DNA of 64,000 bases. It comes from Bacteriovoracia bacterium. Its GTDB lineage: Bacteria; Bdellovibrionota; Bacteriovoracia; Bacteriovoracales; Bacteriovoracaceae. The first letter of the stretch is position 1, and each line of letters begins with the position of its first letter. Below, in pieces: positions 29,971 to 40,381 of the stretch. The notes under the pieces were generated by a model that was given only the letters and a program-made list of their open reading frames with translations, did not search any database and was not told where the DNA came from. Made by a program: the position numbers and the translations under genes. The stretch lies in contig JBKHWS010000006.1 in assembly GCA_046566385.1 (NCBI GenBank), positions 2,055 to 66,054 on the forward strand, read 5' to 3'.

Positions 29971-30480
29971 ATGAAAGCAGTTTATAAAATGATAGATAAG
30001 CTTCTTGCCAATCCCACCAGACTTAACCTGATCGCTCTGGATAAAGTTCTCAGGTTGGGTATTCCATTCAATGCTCCCCATGGCTTTAAGATCAAAACTC
30101 TTAACCAAGATGCTGTCATCATTTCTCTGCCGAACCGAAAACTCAATCACAATCATCTGAGCGGCGTCCATGCCTGTGCCATGGCCACCGTTGGAGAATA
30201 TTGCGCAGGCATGTCCCTGCTTAGCTCTTTCGGTATCAGTAAGTACCGTCTCATCCTTTCAGAACTGAATGTAAAATACACCTATCAGGGAAGGGTCGAT
30301 CTGGAAGGCTTTTGCTCTCCCCGGCAAATTGATCGTGAAAAAGTAAAAGCAGGTCTTGAAACTGAAGGAAAATATCTGCAGGAATTGAAAACGGTCATCC
30401 GGGATCTTAATGGGAAAGAAGTCGCTCTGGTCACAACGGTCTGGCAGTTAAAGAACTGGGAGCAAGTCAGGACCAGATAA
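29971..30480 (+). CDS. DUF4442/PaaI-like hotdog-fold protein
   Basis: NHNHLSGVHACAMATVGE. Confidence 0.8.
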   Translation: MKAVYKMIDKLLANPTRLNLIALDKVLRLGIPFNAPHGFKIKTLNQDAVIISLPNRKLNHNHLSGVHACAMATVGEYCAGMSLLSSFGISKYRLILSELNVKYTYQGRVDLEGFCSPRQIDREKVKAGLETEGKYLQELKTVIRDLNGKEVALVTTVWQLKNWEQVRTR

Positions 30481-32323
30481 GAAATGCCTGTCGTGCCAGG
30501 AATGCGAACAGATAAGAAAGCCCCATAGTGTAGACCACCATGACGACCGGCCACTTAAGCGAATTCGTTTCTCTTTTCATGACAGCGAAAGTTGAGATGC
30601 ATTGAGGAGCGAAGATAAACCACACAAGTAACGCCACTAAAGTTCCGAGACCGAACTGCTGAACAAGGGCCACGGCCATAGAGGCTTCATCTTCACCGTC
30701 AACAGCAAGAACAGTTGAAAGTGCGCTTACTACAACTTCTCTCGCACCGATACTTGGAATAAGTGCTGTCGTAATTCTCCAGTCAAACCCAAGAGGTCTG
30801 AAGAGGGGCTCAAACACCCTTCCGATGGAGGCTGCATAAGATTGATCTATCTGAGAAACCCCGTCCTTTTGAGGGAACGTGACAAGAACCCAGATCACCA
30901 TACTTACGATGAGAATGATTCCCCCCGCTTTTTTAAGAAAGATGGAAGCCTTATTCTTCATTACCAGTAAGAGATTTTTTAACTTCGGAATGCGGTAAGG
31001 AGGAAGTTCCATTAAAAGCATTGAAGGCGAGGTATGAGGTAGTGTTTTCTTGAAAATAAGAGAGACAACCAATGCTGAAAAAAAACCGATCATATAAAGA
31101 CCAAAAAGAGCGAGTCCTGGTAGCTTCAGCCAGGGCATGCCCAAAACAGCAATGTTCGGAATAAGAGCTCCAATCAGAATAGCGTAAACAGGAAGTCGCG
31201 CTGAGCAGGTCGTAAGTGGTATCACCAGCATTGTAATCAGTCTTTCGCGGTGATTATCTATCACTCTGGTTGAAAGAATACCGGGAATGGCGCAGGCATG
31301 TGAAGATAACAACGGAATGACGGATTTCCCCGGGAGACCAATTCTTCTCATAAAGGAATCCATGATGAAAGCAGCACGACCAAGGTAACCCACGTCTTCC
31401 AGAAACTGAATGAAAAGGAAAAGCAGTACGATCTGAGGAAGGAAAACAAGAACGCCCCCCACTCCACCGATAATGCCGTCAACGAGGAAGCTCCTTAAGA
31501 GGTCATGAGAAACATAACTGGAAATCAACTCGCCCATCAATGAGAATCCGCTCTCGATCAGATCCTGTAAAGGAGCTGCCCAGGTAAACAGAGTCTGGAA
31601 GATAATCAGGAGGAGAGCAAACAGAATAAAAATTCCCCAGAACGGATGAAGGACCCACTGGTCGATCCGTTCGGAAAAAGTATCAGGCTTCAACGGTGTT
31701 AACGTTACTTCCTTTAATAGACCATCAATTCGACGAAAAATTCCGTTCACATAAGCAGGAGAACGAAAAACTTTCTGAGAGTTTTCAGGAATGTTTAACT
31801 GAATATCCGGAAGTGATTTTTTAGAATGGGAAAGAATAACAGAAACGAGTTCTTTTACACCTTCACCGGTAGAGGCACTGGTGGGAACAATAACTGCATC
31901 CAATTTTCTGGAAAACATTTCAAGATCGAGAGAAAAGCCTCTCTTCCTGGCCTCATCCATAAGATTAAGAGCGATAACCAGGGGATATCCCAATTCTTTT
32001 AACTGGTAGGCAAGGTAAAGCGACTTATCGAGATTAGTGGCATCAAGGACAAGGACGAAGATGTCTGCAGAATGTTCTTTTTCTTTTTGAAGGAGAAAAT
32101 CTTTTGTGACCTTCTCATCAAGAGTTGTGGCATCAAGAGAATAAATTCCGGGAAGATCGATAATTTCGAGAATCCTCTCTCCCTTATCGGTCACCCAACC
32201 TGTTTTTTTCTCAACTGTCACACCGGGAAAGTTAGCGACTCTCTGGAAACTGCCTGTAAGTTTGTTAAAAAGAGCAGTTTTCCCCACATTGGGCATCCCC
32301 ACCAGGGCAATTTTTGGCATCAT
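30467..32323 (-). CDS. feoB: Ferrous iron transport protein B
   Basis: GMPNVGKT, NFPGVTVE, DLPGIYSL, NLMD, CSARLPVY, ELPPY. Confidence 0.95.
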   Translation of the reverse strand: MMPKIALVGMPNVGKTALFNKLTGSFQRVANFPGVTVEKKTGWVTDKGERILEIIDLPGIYSLDATTLDEKVTKDFLLQKEKEHSADIFVLVLDATNLDKSLYLAYQLKELGYPLVIALNLMDEARKRGFSLDLEMFSRKLDAVIVPTSASTGEGVKELVSVILSHSKKSLPDIQLNIPENSQKVFRSPAYVNGIFRRIDGLLKEVTLTPLKPDTFSERIDQWVLHPFWGIFILFALLLIIFQTLFTWAAPLQDLIESGFSLMGELISSYVSHDLLRSFLVDGIIGGVGGVLVFLPQIVLLFLFIQFLEDVGYLGRAAFIMDSFMRRIGLPGKSVIPLLSSHACAIPGILSTRVIDNHRERLITMLVIPLTTCSARLPVYAILIGALIPNIAVLGMPWLKLPGLALFGLYMIGFFSALVVSLIFKKTLPHTSPSMLLMELPPYRIPKLKNLLLVMKNKASIFLKKAGGIILIVSMVIWVLVTFPQKDGVSQIDQSYAASIGRVFEPLFRPLGFDWRITTALIPSIGAREVVVSALSTVLAVDGEDEASMAVALVQQFGLGTLVALLVWFIFAPQCISTFAVMKRETNSLKWPVVMVVYTMGLSYLFAFLARQAFLIWS

Positions 32324-32565
32324 TTAAAGACCTCAACCTGGACAAGGGCCGCTTCGTCAAAAGACAGGGCCACTGACCTTCCCCTGACCTCAATCAGGAG
32401 AGGCTCCTTAAAAAGAGGGGCTTTTTTAACAATTCTTATGGTTTCGCCATCCATAATTCCCAGGTGCATGAGCCGAGACTCCACTTCAGTAAAATCCCTG
32501 GTTTCCTGGTTAGAAAACGAGCGGACAATGAGTTTTGTTTTAAGGGGCGCCTGGTTAATAGTCAT
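32320..32565 (-). CDS. feoA: Ferrous iron transport protein A
   Basis: RLMHLGI..G..IRIVKKAPLFKEPLLIEVRGRSVAL; start set to ATG 32565. Confidence 0.9.
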   Translation of the reverse strand: MTINQAPLKTKLIVRSFSNQETRDFTEVESRLMHLGIMDGETIRIVKKAPLFKEPLLIEVRGRSVALSFDEAALVQVEVFK

Positions 32566-32566
32566 G

Positions 32567-32584
32567 AGTTTGATATACCAAACT
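32567..32584. promoter_or_regulatory. 18-bp imperfect palindrome AGTTTGATATACCAAACT overlapping the putative feoA -10; candidate metal-repressor operator
   Basis: One mismatched pair; minus strand reads TGGCCA-N17-TATATC-N6-ATG. Confidence 0.6.
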
Positions 32585-32684
32585 GACACCACCTTGGCCA
32601 CGAAATCTTAATAAAAGTGTAAGACCATCTTTCTGGCCAAAGCCTCTGGTCATCCGCTACAAATTTCTAACCCTTGGAGGATTT

Positions 32685-34217
32685 ATGAAGTCAGTTATTT
32701 TAGCGGCACTCGCACTCATCGTTTCCTGTTCTCAAACTCCCAACAAAGCTTCGGAAAAGCCGGTGAAACTCACCATCCTCCACACCAACGACCATCATGG
32801 CCGTTTCTGGTCAAATAAGGATGGAGAATATGGACTTGCCGCCAGGGCCACACTTATCAGTCAACTTAAGGAGCAAGTGAGAAAAGAAGGCGGAGAAGTT
32901 CTTCTTCTTGATGCCGGAGACGTCAATACCGGTGTTCCACAATCTGATCTTCTTGATGCGGAACCAGACTTTAAAGGAATGGCCGCCATTGGATATGACG
33001 TGATGGCCATTGGAAATCATGAATTCGATAAGCCCTTAAAGACTATTTTGAAGCAGCAGAAACAGTGGGCTAAGTTTCCTTTCATCTCCGCCAATATTTA
33101 TGATCAAAAGGGAAAAAGAGTATTTCCTTCGCACGTAACCTTTGATGTTCAAGGTTTAAAAGTGACAGTCTTTGGATTAACCACTGAAGATACTCCTAAG
33201 AAATCAAATCCTGAAAATTCAAAAGGGCTTACTTTCAGACCTGCCGTTCAAGAAGCTAAGGATCTGGTTCCAGAATTAAAACCGCATGCCGATGTCTTAA
33301 TCGGCCTTACTCACACCGGCCATTATCCTGATGGCAAACATGGAGCCGATGCTCCTGGAGACGTCACCATCGCACGTTCCGTTGACGGTATTGACCTTAT
33401 CGTGGGTGGCCATACTCAAAAACCGTTATTCAAACCGGATGTTGTTAATGACACAATCATTGTCCAGGCCTTTGAATGGGGAAAATATGTTGGTAAAGTT
33501 GATCTCGAAATTCTTGATGGCCAAGTGACCCTGACGAACTATGAGCTCATTCCTGTTAACCTCAAAGATTCGAAAGTAAAGATTGCTCCTGATAAAAAAA
33601 TTGAAGCCCTTCTTAAACCTTATAAAGAGAAAGGAGACAAGTCTCTACTTATTCAGGTGGGGACCGCAGATAAAGAGTTTGAAGGAAGAAGAGATGTTGT
33701 CCGTTCCCATGAAACGAATCTTGGGAACCTCATCACCCGGGCCTTCAAACAGAAGTTCAACGCCGATCTGGCGATAATGAATTCGGGTGGTATTCGCGAT
33801 TCTATTTATCCAGGTAAAGTGACAATTGAAACAGTTCTTATGGTTCTTCCATTTGGTGGAGAAATTGTGACAACTCAAATGTCTGGGAAAGAACTCAAGG
33901 ATTATCTCCAGTATGTTGTAACCACCTTGACTCCCGGATCAGGGAGTTTTCCGCAAATGGCGGGTGTTAATGTAGTGCTTGATAAAACTTCAGGAAAAAT
34001 CAAGTCGCTTAAAGTATCAGGCAAAGAGGTTTCACCTGATCAAAAGTACCTCCTCGCTCTTCCGGAATTCATCGCCAAAGGTGGAGATAAGTATCCAGAG
34101 GTGAAATATAGAAAATACGGCTACGTAGACGCGGATCTTTTGAAGGAATACATCCAAAAAATTAAAACCCTTAAGGCAAAAGATTTTGCCCCGACTGGGT
34201 ATGTTAAAACTGAGTAG
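32685..34217 (+). CDS. ushA: 5'-nucleotidase/UDP-sugar hydrolase lipoprotein
   Basis: Lipobox IVSC; HTNDHHG, DAGDVNTG, GNHEFD, GGHTQ, NSGGIR. Confidence 0.92.
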   Translation: MKSVILAALALIVSCSQTPNKASEKPVKLTILHTNDHHGRFWSNKDGEYGLAARATLISQLKEQVRKEGGEVLLLDAGDVNTGVPQSDLLDAEPDFKGMAAIGYDVMAIGNHEFDKPLKTILKQQKQWAKFPFISANIYDQKGKRVFPSHVTFDVQGLKVTVFGLTTEDTPKKSNPENSKGLTFRPAVQEAKDLVPELKPHADVLIGLTHTGHYPDGKHGADAPGDVTIARSVDGIDLIVGGHTQKPLFKPDVVNDTIIVQAFEWGKYVGKVDLEILDGQVTLTNYELIPVNLKDSKVKIAPDKKIEALLKPYKEKGDKSLLIQVGTADKEFEGRRDVVRSHETNLGNLITRAFKQKFNADLAIMNSGGIRDSIYPGKVTIETVLMVLPFGGEIVTTQMSGKELKDYLQYVVTTLTPGSGSFPQMAGVNVVLDKTSGKIKSLKVSGKEVSPDQKYLLALPEFIAKGGDKYPEVKYRKYGYVDADLLKEYIQKIKTLKAKDFAPTGYVKTE

Positions 34218-34261
34218 TTCTCTCTTATGATTTTTCGGCCTTATCCTTTATCCTTAAAAGG

Positions 34262-35026
34262 ATGAGGCCAATAATATTTTTAATTTCTCTATTCCTTTCG
34301 TTTTCAACTTATTCCACTGAAGAAATTATTCAGCGAAAAAACTACACGCTTAGTTACAATGAAGACCATGAAGTTGCGAATTGGGTTGCCTATGAACTGG
34401 ACCATGAAAAACTTCAAAACTGTGTCAAAAGAAGAAATAATTTCAGGATAGATCCAGATATTTCAACCGGCTCTGCCGCACCGGAAGATTATAAGAACTC
34501 CGGCTATGACCGGGGACATCTCGTTCCTGCAGGGGACATGAAACACACCCGGGAAGCGATGAATGACACTTTTTACTACAGTAACATGAGTCCACAGCCT
34601 CCCCGCTTTAATCAGGGAATCTGGGCGAGACTCGAGCACCTGATGAGATCATGGGGAATAAAATATAAAAGTATTCTCCTTATTACCGGCCCTGTTCTTA
34701 AAGATAATCTTCCTTCAATAGGGGTGAGAAACGATGTTTCCGTTCCGGAAGAATATTTTAAACTCATTCTGAGGAAACAAGGTCAAAGCTGGGAAGGTAT
34801 CGCTTTCATCATGAAGACAGATGTTACATCCACTGATCTCAGGAGCTATGTCACCAGTATTGATACCGTGGAGAGAAAAACGGGAATCGATTTTTTCAAA
34901 GATCTACCTGATGAAGTTGAAGAAGATGTGGAAAGTAAATTCAACATCAAGAACTGGGACTTTAGTGGGAGATTTGAGTACTTACCGTGTCGAACTTCGG
35001 TAACTCAACAACGAAAGTGGTATTAG
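34262..35026 (+). CDS. Secreted DNA/RNA non-specific endonuclease (NucA/EndoG family)
   Basis: Signal peptide; ANWVAY, YDRGHLVPAGD, SNMSPQ, FNQGIW. Confidence 0.93.
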   Translation: MRPIIFLISLFLSFSTYSTEEIIQRKNYTLSYNEDHEVANWVAYELDHEKLQNCVKRRNNFRIDPDISTGSAAPEDYKNSGYDRGHLVPAGDMKHTREAMNDTFYYSNMSPQPPRFNQGIWARLEHLMRSWGIKYKSILLITGPVLKDNLPSIGVRNDVSVPEEYFKLILRKQGQSWEGIAFIMKTDVTSTDLRSYVTSIDTVERKTGIDFFKDLPDEVEEDVESKFNIKNWDFSGRFEYLPCRTSVTQQRKWY

Positions 35027-37022
35027 GAGCATCATCCTGGTAATAGAGCTTCCCGTTGTGTTCTTCAACAATGCCCCTTGAAATACTAAGGCCCAATCCT
35101 GTCCCTACTCCAATATCCTTTGTCGTAAAAAATGGCTGAAAAAGTTTCTGCTTAATGGCAGCAGGTATTTTCTCTCCGCAATCAATGACTTTCACCCGGA
35201 AAAAATCAGGAAGTTCTTCCATTTTAATTTTTATCCAAGGGTGCGGATAAGAGGACGTTGCCTGATAGGAGTTATTAATCAGGTTTAGAAGGACCTGGGA
35301 AATTTCGACAGGCCTGCAGAGGATGTCGGAGTCGTGCTCCAAGTACTCTACGTTTACAGCTGTTCCGTTGTTGTTAATCCTCTCCTGACAGATATCCAGA
35401 GTCTCCTCAATAATTTTATTAAGCGAGTACTTCACTTTTTCATCCATTGAGGATTCACGGGCGAATCGTCTCATTCCATTCACGATTCGGGAAATACGGG
35501 AGACTGTCTGATCCATCTTATTAATATACTGAACCAGCAGCTCAGGACTAAGAGAATGTCGGGAAGAGTGTCTTCTCAGAAGATCTATATAACCTTTAAT
35601 GATACTTAATGGATTATTGATCTCATGAGCAATACCACCGGCCATTTCACCGAGGGCGGATAGCTTTGAAGCCTGGGTGAGGCGAACCTCGGCCTCTTTT
35701 TTTTCAGTAATATTCTCGGCCATGACAATAACCCCACCAATCTCACCATTGGCATTTTTCCAGGGTTGGATGGCCCAGCGAAGCCAAAGCTGATCACCAT
35801 CACCAAAATCAATCAAATCCTCATTCTGGCTGAAGGTCTCCCCTTGCAGGGCCTTTTCCATGTTACCCATCCACTCCCGATCAAAATTTCCACGGATGCG
35901 ATCACCTTCTTTGGCATCGCCGAAGTTTTCCCACTCCTCGAGCCAACGGGAACTGAAGGCAAGGTATTTGAGTTCTTTATCAAACATGGCAACGGGAGTT
36001 GGAAGAGATTGAATCATAGACTTAAGCTGCTGCTCAGAGATGATAAGGCTCTGCTCCCACTTAACAACCGGAGTAACGTTGACATTCACACCAATGATTC
36101 TTAAGGGAGTTCCGTCATTATTCCTGTGGATGATACAGCCCCGATCAAGGCACCACTGAATCTCGCCACTTTTGGTGATCATCCGGTAACGACATTCATA
36201 AAAGATGGTTTCACCTTTAATGTGCTTTTCCAGCTCTTCAAATACTTTGTCCACATCCTCAGGATGAAGAACGCTCTTTAAGGTCTCAAGGGACTGAGGA
36301 AGCTCGTTATAGCTGTATCCTAATTTTGTATACCAGGTTTTATTCAGGATAACCTTGTTGTTCTGAAGGTCCCAATCCCACTTACCAACCTGGGCCCCTT
36401 CAAGGGCCAGGTCAAGGCTCAACTTTGCTTCATTCAAGTCATCGAGTTTTCTCTTGAGATCATTCTCCAGATAATTAATTCTATGGCGAAGTTCTTTTTC
36501 GTAAGTGTGTCGCTTCTCAGTTTCAATCAGTCTTCCGATAAAATCTGAAAAGCTAGCGGCGAAGTTTTTATCCAGGATATCCCAGTCCCTACTGGCATTC
36601 TTCTTTTCAAGGCAAACCACTCCAATCATTTCACCGTCAGAAAAGATCGGAGCATCCATCATTGAATGGATCGCAAGAGGCTTCATGTAAGTTTCTAAAA
36701 GTTCTGAAGAAGCAGGATCAGTATGGGTGTCAGAACTGACAAAGACTCTCTCTTCCTGAATATGTGAGAAATAAATCGGATAATCGTTCTTTTTAAGAAT
36801 CGTCCCCTGGGCCGGAGTTTCACCAACAATATAGGTCATCTCTTCATAGATGGCCTCTTTATCTATGGTATAGAACCATATCCCAACTCTTTCAACTTCC
36901 ATCACCTCTGCACACTTCTGACAGAGGATTTCAAAAGCGCGATGTCGGCTGGAACGGTAAATTTCCGTATTTTTTGCCATCCAGCTTTGAGCTGCATGGT
37001 AGAGTTGAAACTTATCAACCAT
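34962..37022 (-). CDS. Cytoplasmic GAF-PAS-PAS sensor histidine kinase
   Basis: GAF (SMMDAPI..GVVCLE), PAS (VHPED-like LHPED), AHEINNPL, NLINNS, FFTTK.GVGTGLGL. Confidence 0.92.
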   Translation of the reverse strand: MVDKFQLYHAAQSWMAKNTEIYRSSRHRAFEILCQKCAEVMEVERVGIWFYTIDKEAIYEEMTYIVGETPAQGTILKKNDYPIYFSHIQEERVFVSSDTHTDPASSELLETYMKPLAIHSMMDAPIFSDGEMIGVVCLEKKNASRDWDILDKNFAASFSDFIGRLIETEKRHTYEKELRHRINYLENDLKRKLDDLNEAKLSLDLALEGAQVGKWDWDLQNNKVILNKTWYTKLGYSYNELPQSLETLKSVLHPEDVDKVFEELEKHIKGETIFYECRYRMITKSGEIQWCLDRGCIIHRNNDGTPLRIIGVNVNVTPVVKWEQSLIISEQQLKSMIQSLPTPVAMFDKELKYLAFSSRWLEEWENFGDAKEGDRIRGNFDREWMGNMEKALQGETFSQNEDLIDFGDGDQLWLRWAIQPWKNANGEIGGVIVMAENITEKKEAEVRLTQASKLSALGEMAGGIAHEINNPLSIIKGYIDLLRRHSSRHSLSPELLVQYINKMDQTVSRISRIVNGMRRFARESSMDEKVKYSLNKIIEETLDICQERINNNGTAVNVEYLEHDSDILCRPVEISQVLLNLINNSYQATSSYPHPWIKIKMEELPDFFRVKVIDCGEKIPAAIKQKLFQPFFTTKDIGVGTGLGLSISRGIVEEHNGKLYYQDDAPNTTFVVELPKFDTVSTQISH

Positions 37023-37123
37023 TAAAGGACCCCATTATTTCAGGACACTAACTCTGATTGAGCTCTGAGTAAACTTAATAAAACTTTAGATTATTTAGGG
37101 TTTATTCTCTAACTCTCAGAATT

Positions 37124-39154
37124 TCAATGTAATCCAGCTCTCCTCAGCAGGGCTCCCACGTCCGGCTCCTGTCCCCTGAATTTTTTATAGAGATCCATAG
37201 GATGTTCAGTTCCGCCCTTCTCGAGGATGTATTCGCGAAACTTCTTTGCGACTTCACGATTAAAGATCCCTGAACTCTTGAAAAATTCAAAAGCATCAGC
37301 ATCAAGAACTTCGGCCCATTTATAAGAGTAGTATCCGGCAGAATAGCCTCCTGCAAAGATGTGGGAGAATGAGGTGGAGATGCTTGCACCTGGAGTTCTC
37401 GGTAGAAGATTCGTTCTTTCAATTGCTTTTTCTTCAAAGCTTGCAATGTCTCTGACCTCTTCAGGCTTAACCGTATGGTAGGCCATGTCCAGGAACGCGA
37501 AAGAGAGCTGTCTTAGAGTTGCCAAGCCTTCAAGGAACTTCCCGCTGGCCCTGATTTTTTCAACCAGCTCAAAGGGAATTTTCTCTCCTGTCTCATAATG
37601 GACGGCCCAAAGGTCCAGGCATTCTTTTTCAAGAACCCAGTTTTCCATGATCTGGGAAGGAAGCTCCACAAAATCCCAGAAGACATTCGTGCCTGAGAGC
37701 TCCCGATACTTCACATTAGAGAGGAGACCATGTAGTGCGTGTCCGAATTCATGATACAGTGTCAGCACTTCATTCAGAGTCAGCAGCGATGGTTTCGTTT
37801 TAGTGGGCTTCGTAAAGTTACAGACGATCATGATATGAGGTCTTTCAATATGCCCCTGATACATTCCCTGGTCTTTGATTCCTGACATCCATGCCCCTCC
37901 CCGCTTAGTCGCTCTTGGGAAGAAATCAGTATAGAAAAGACCTACGAATTGTTTCGTACTCTCGTCATAAACTTCAAAAGTTCTCACATCTTCATGATAC
38001 TTAGGTACAGTAAAAACTTCTTTGAACTGAATGCCATAAAGACGATTGGCCACATCAAAGATCCCATTAACAACATTCTCGAGCTTAAAGTAGGGACGAA
38101 GCATTTCGTCGTCCATGCTCAATTCTCGTTTTTTGAGAATCTCTGAATAATAGGCGGTATCATAAGACTGAAAATCTTTTATTCCATCTAACTCGTTAGC
38201 CAGGGCCTTCAGTTTATTGAGATCGCGATCCGCATGGGGTTTGGCCTTGTTATAGAGCTCCTCAAGGAAATCCGTAACTTTCTTTGGTGACATCGCCATT
38301 CTTTCTTCGAGAACATAATCGGCGTGGGTGTTATAGCCGAGGAGCTTCGCTCTTTCAGTGCGGAGTTTTAGAATCTCTTTCAGGTTTTCCTGATTATCAT
38401 ATTGGGTATTGAATGTTTTTGATGAGCTTGCTGTCAGAAGTTCCTTTCGCAGCTCTCTCTTTTTTGAATAAGTTAAAAAAGGTAACATCGATGGCATATC
38501 AAGACTGAAACACCAGCTACCAGCTTTGCCTTTCTTTTCAGCCAGCTCAGCCGCTGCTTCAATCACTCCTTCCGGAAGTCCTTCAAGATCTTCCTTGTCA
38601 GTGATTTCCATCAGATAATCATTTGTAGCCTTGAGTACATTTTGAGAAAAAGAAAGAGTGAGTTTGGCCATCTTCTCATCAATCTCTCTCATTCTTTCTT
38701 TTTCACTATCTGCCAGGAGGGCCCCGTTCCTCACAAAAGACTTGTAGGTCTTTTCGATGATCATTAACTCTTCCTTGGAAAGCTTCTGATCGAAACGGGA
38801 ATCGTAGCAAGATTTAACTTTTGCAAAGATTTTTGGATCAAGAGAAATATCATTCCCAAAGCGGGTCAGGATCTCGGTAATCTCTGGAGAGATTTTTTCC
38901 AATTCATCAGTGCACTCAGCAGAATGAAGATTAAAGAAGATACCCGCAATGTAATCGACCTGTTCAGTAATATCGCCCTTTTCCACAATCACGTGCTGGA
39001 AATGAATCCTGGCATCATGCTTGTATTCCTCAAGGTTTCGCTTGGCCCTCTCAACTGCCGTATTAAGAGCAGGTATAAAATGCTCCGGTTTAATTTCATC
39101 AAAAGGATAGGCCCCATGAAGGCCCGTGGGTTTATCAAGAAGTGGATTGTGCAT
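37124..39154 (-). CDS. M3 family metallopeptidase (Dcp/oligopeptidase A-like)
   Basis: NPLL, KRGGAWM, HEFGHALH, DFVELPSQ, YSAGYYSYKWAE. Confidence 0.95.
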   Translation of the reverse strand: MHNPLLDKPTGLHGAYPFDEIKPEHFIPALNTAVERAKRNLEEYKHDARIHFQHVIVEKGDITEQVDYIAGIFFNLHSAECTDELEKISPEITEILTRFGNDISLDPKIFAKVKSCYDSRFDQKLSKEELMIIEKTYKSFVRNGALLADSEKERMREIDEKMAKLTLSFSQNVLKATNDYLMEITDKEDLEGLPEGVIEAAAELAEKKGKAGSWCFSLDMPSMLPFLTYSKKRELRKELLTASSSKTFNTQYDNQENLKEILKLRTERAKLLGYNTHADYVLEERMAMSPKKVTDFLEELYNKAKPHADRDLNKLKALANELDGIKDFQSYDTAYYSEILKKRELSMDDEMLRPYFKLENVVNGIFDVANRLYGIQFKEVFTVPKYHEDVRTFEVYDESTKQFVGLFYTDFFPRATKRGGAWMSGIKDQGMYQGHIERPHIMIVCNFTKPTKTKPSLLTLNEVLTLYHEFGHALHGLLSNVKYRELSGTNVFWDFVELPSQIMENWVLEKECLDLWAVHYETGEKIPFELVEKIRASGKFLEGLATLRQLSFAFLDMAYHTVKPEEVRDIASFEEKAIERTNLLPRTPGASISTSFSHIFAGGYSAGYYSYKWAEVLDADAFEFFKSSGIFNREVAKKFREYILEKGGTEHPMDLYKKFRGQEPDVGALLRRAGLH

Positions 39155-39160
39155 AAAACC

Positions 39161-40381
39161 TCAGCTGAATAATCTACGGTGAATTCCGAAAATACGAATG
39201 ACCAGCACCAGCCAGATGAGCAGGAAACTCGCCATCATTATATTAAGCATGAGAGAGGTTTGAAGATAAATCAAGACCGCAGCAATCAAGGCCTTTGACA
39301 TCCTATACACGAGCATATCAGTGAGATATTTGGCCCCGTACTTCTGCTCCGGCTGGAGAGGTTGGTACAATAACTCTTTGCCTCCGCTGAAGAGAGAGTA
39401 ATCGGAAGCTTTAAGATAAACATAAAACATTGCCACTGACAGCATCAATTCTCCCCCTGACAAGAGAAGGCTGCCGAGGCAAATGAGATAAGACAAAGGG
39501 ATGAATAAATGCAGAGATCTTTCAGAGATTCGAGGCAATAAAAAAGGCAGAAGCACAAACTGCAGGATCAGGCTGATAAAGTTCGTCCAGGTATAGACTG
39601 ACCCAAGAAAAGCGGTTCTTTCACCGGACAAGACAATGTTTTGCTCGAAGGCCAGGTTGAATTTGAAATCAGCAATGTTAATCACAAACTGGGAAAGCAT
39701 GACGATAATGCCGAGATAAAAAACATATTTCCTGATGCCACTGGAGTTTAGGGTTTCTAATGGAGAAGTCTTCTTCTTAAATCTTTCCTCTTTTATTAAA
39801 ACAGGAGTCCTCAAAAAAAGGATTGATGGCATGAGGACAAAAATCAGGGACGACCATGCCACAACATCTGTCCCCCACTTCCTTGCGATGTAACTGGTTC
39901 CAAGACCTCCAAGGATTCCTCCGATACTCCCGACTGCTCCAACCGGCCCGATAATGAATTTAAAATCATCTTTATGGAAAAAATTATTGGCATAGCCCAG
40001 CAAGAGATGGATCTGCAGAACGATGTAAATTTCTTTCCAGACAAAGGAGATATAAGAGGAGTATGGAATTCCCGAAGAAGTTCCCAGTGCTGAGATGGTT
40101 AAAAGCGCTGTGGATAACAAAGAGACCACGAAAAGAACTTTTTGAACTGTATGGGTGGCCTGAAATTTATTGAAGATAAAAATTGTCACGGTCAGGATAA
40201 CGACTGTCCATATCCATGCTAAAGGTGAGGACTTCGCCCCGAACTCTTCGATGAACATGGTCGTCGCAGCGGCTCTGACCATGGGATAGTTAAACAATGC
40301 AAAGAAGTAGGAACCTAAAAAGAACCAGAGGTGACCCTTATAACGAGGGTCTTGAGACTTTAGAAGCTGGAAAATTCTCAT
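39161..40381 (-). CDS. TLC/NTT (ATP:ADP antiporter-related) MFS transporter
   Basis: Multi-TM; NYPMVR and KASDYSLFSGGKELLYQPL...KYGAKYLTD...YRMSK resemble Npt1/Tlc motifs. Confidence 0.7.
   Translation of the reverse strand: MRIFQLLKSQDPRYKGHLWFFLGSYFFALFNYPMVRAAATTMFIEEFGAKSSPLAWIWTVVILTVTIFIFNKFQATHTVQKVLFVVSLLSTALLTISALGTSSGIPYSSYISFVWKEIYIVLQIHLLLGYANNFFHKDDFKFIIGPVGAVGSIGGILGGLGTSYIARKWGTDVVAWSSLIFVLMPSILFLRTPVLIKEERFKKKTSPLETLNSSGIRKYVFYLGIIVMLSQFVINIADFKFNLAFEQNIVLSGERTAFLGSVYTWTNFISLILQFVLLPFLLPRISERSLHLFIPLSYLICLGSLLLSGGELMLSVAMFYVYLKASDYSLFSGGKELLYQPLQPEQKYGAKYLTDMLVYRMSKALIAAVLIYLQTSLMLNIMMASFLLIWLVLVIRIFGIHRRLFS

Noticed and set aside
34962-35026. Convergent 3' overlap of the nuclease and histidine kinase genes as a regulatory feature
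   Set aside because: Short convergent overlaps recur in this compact window (e.g. 4652-4674, 23040-23075, 30467-30480) and need no special explanation.
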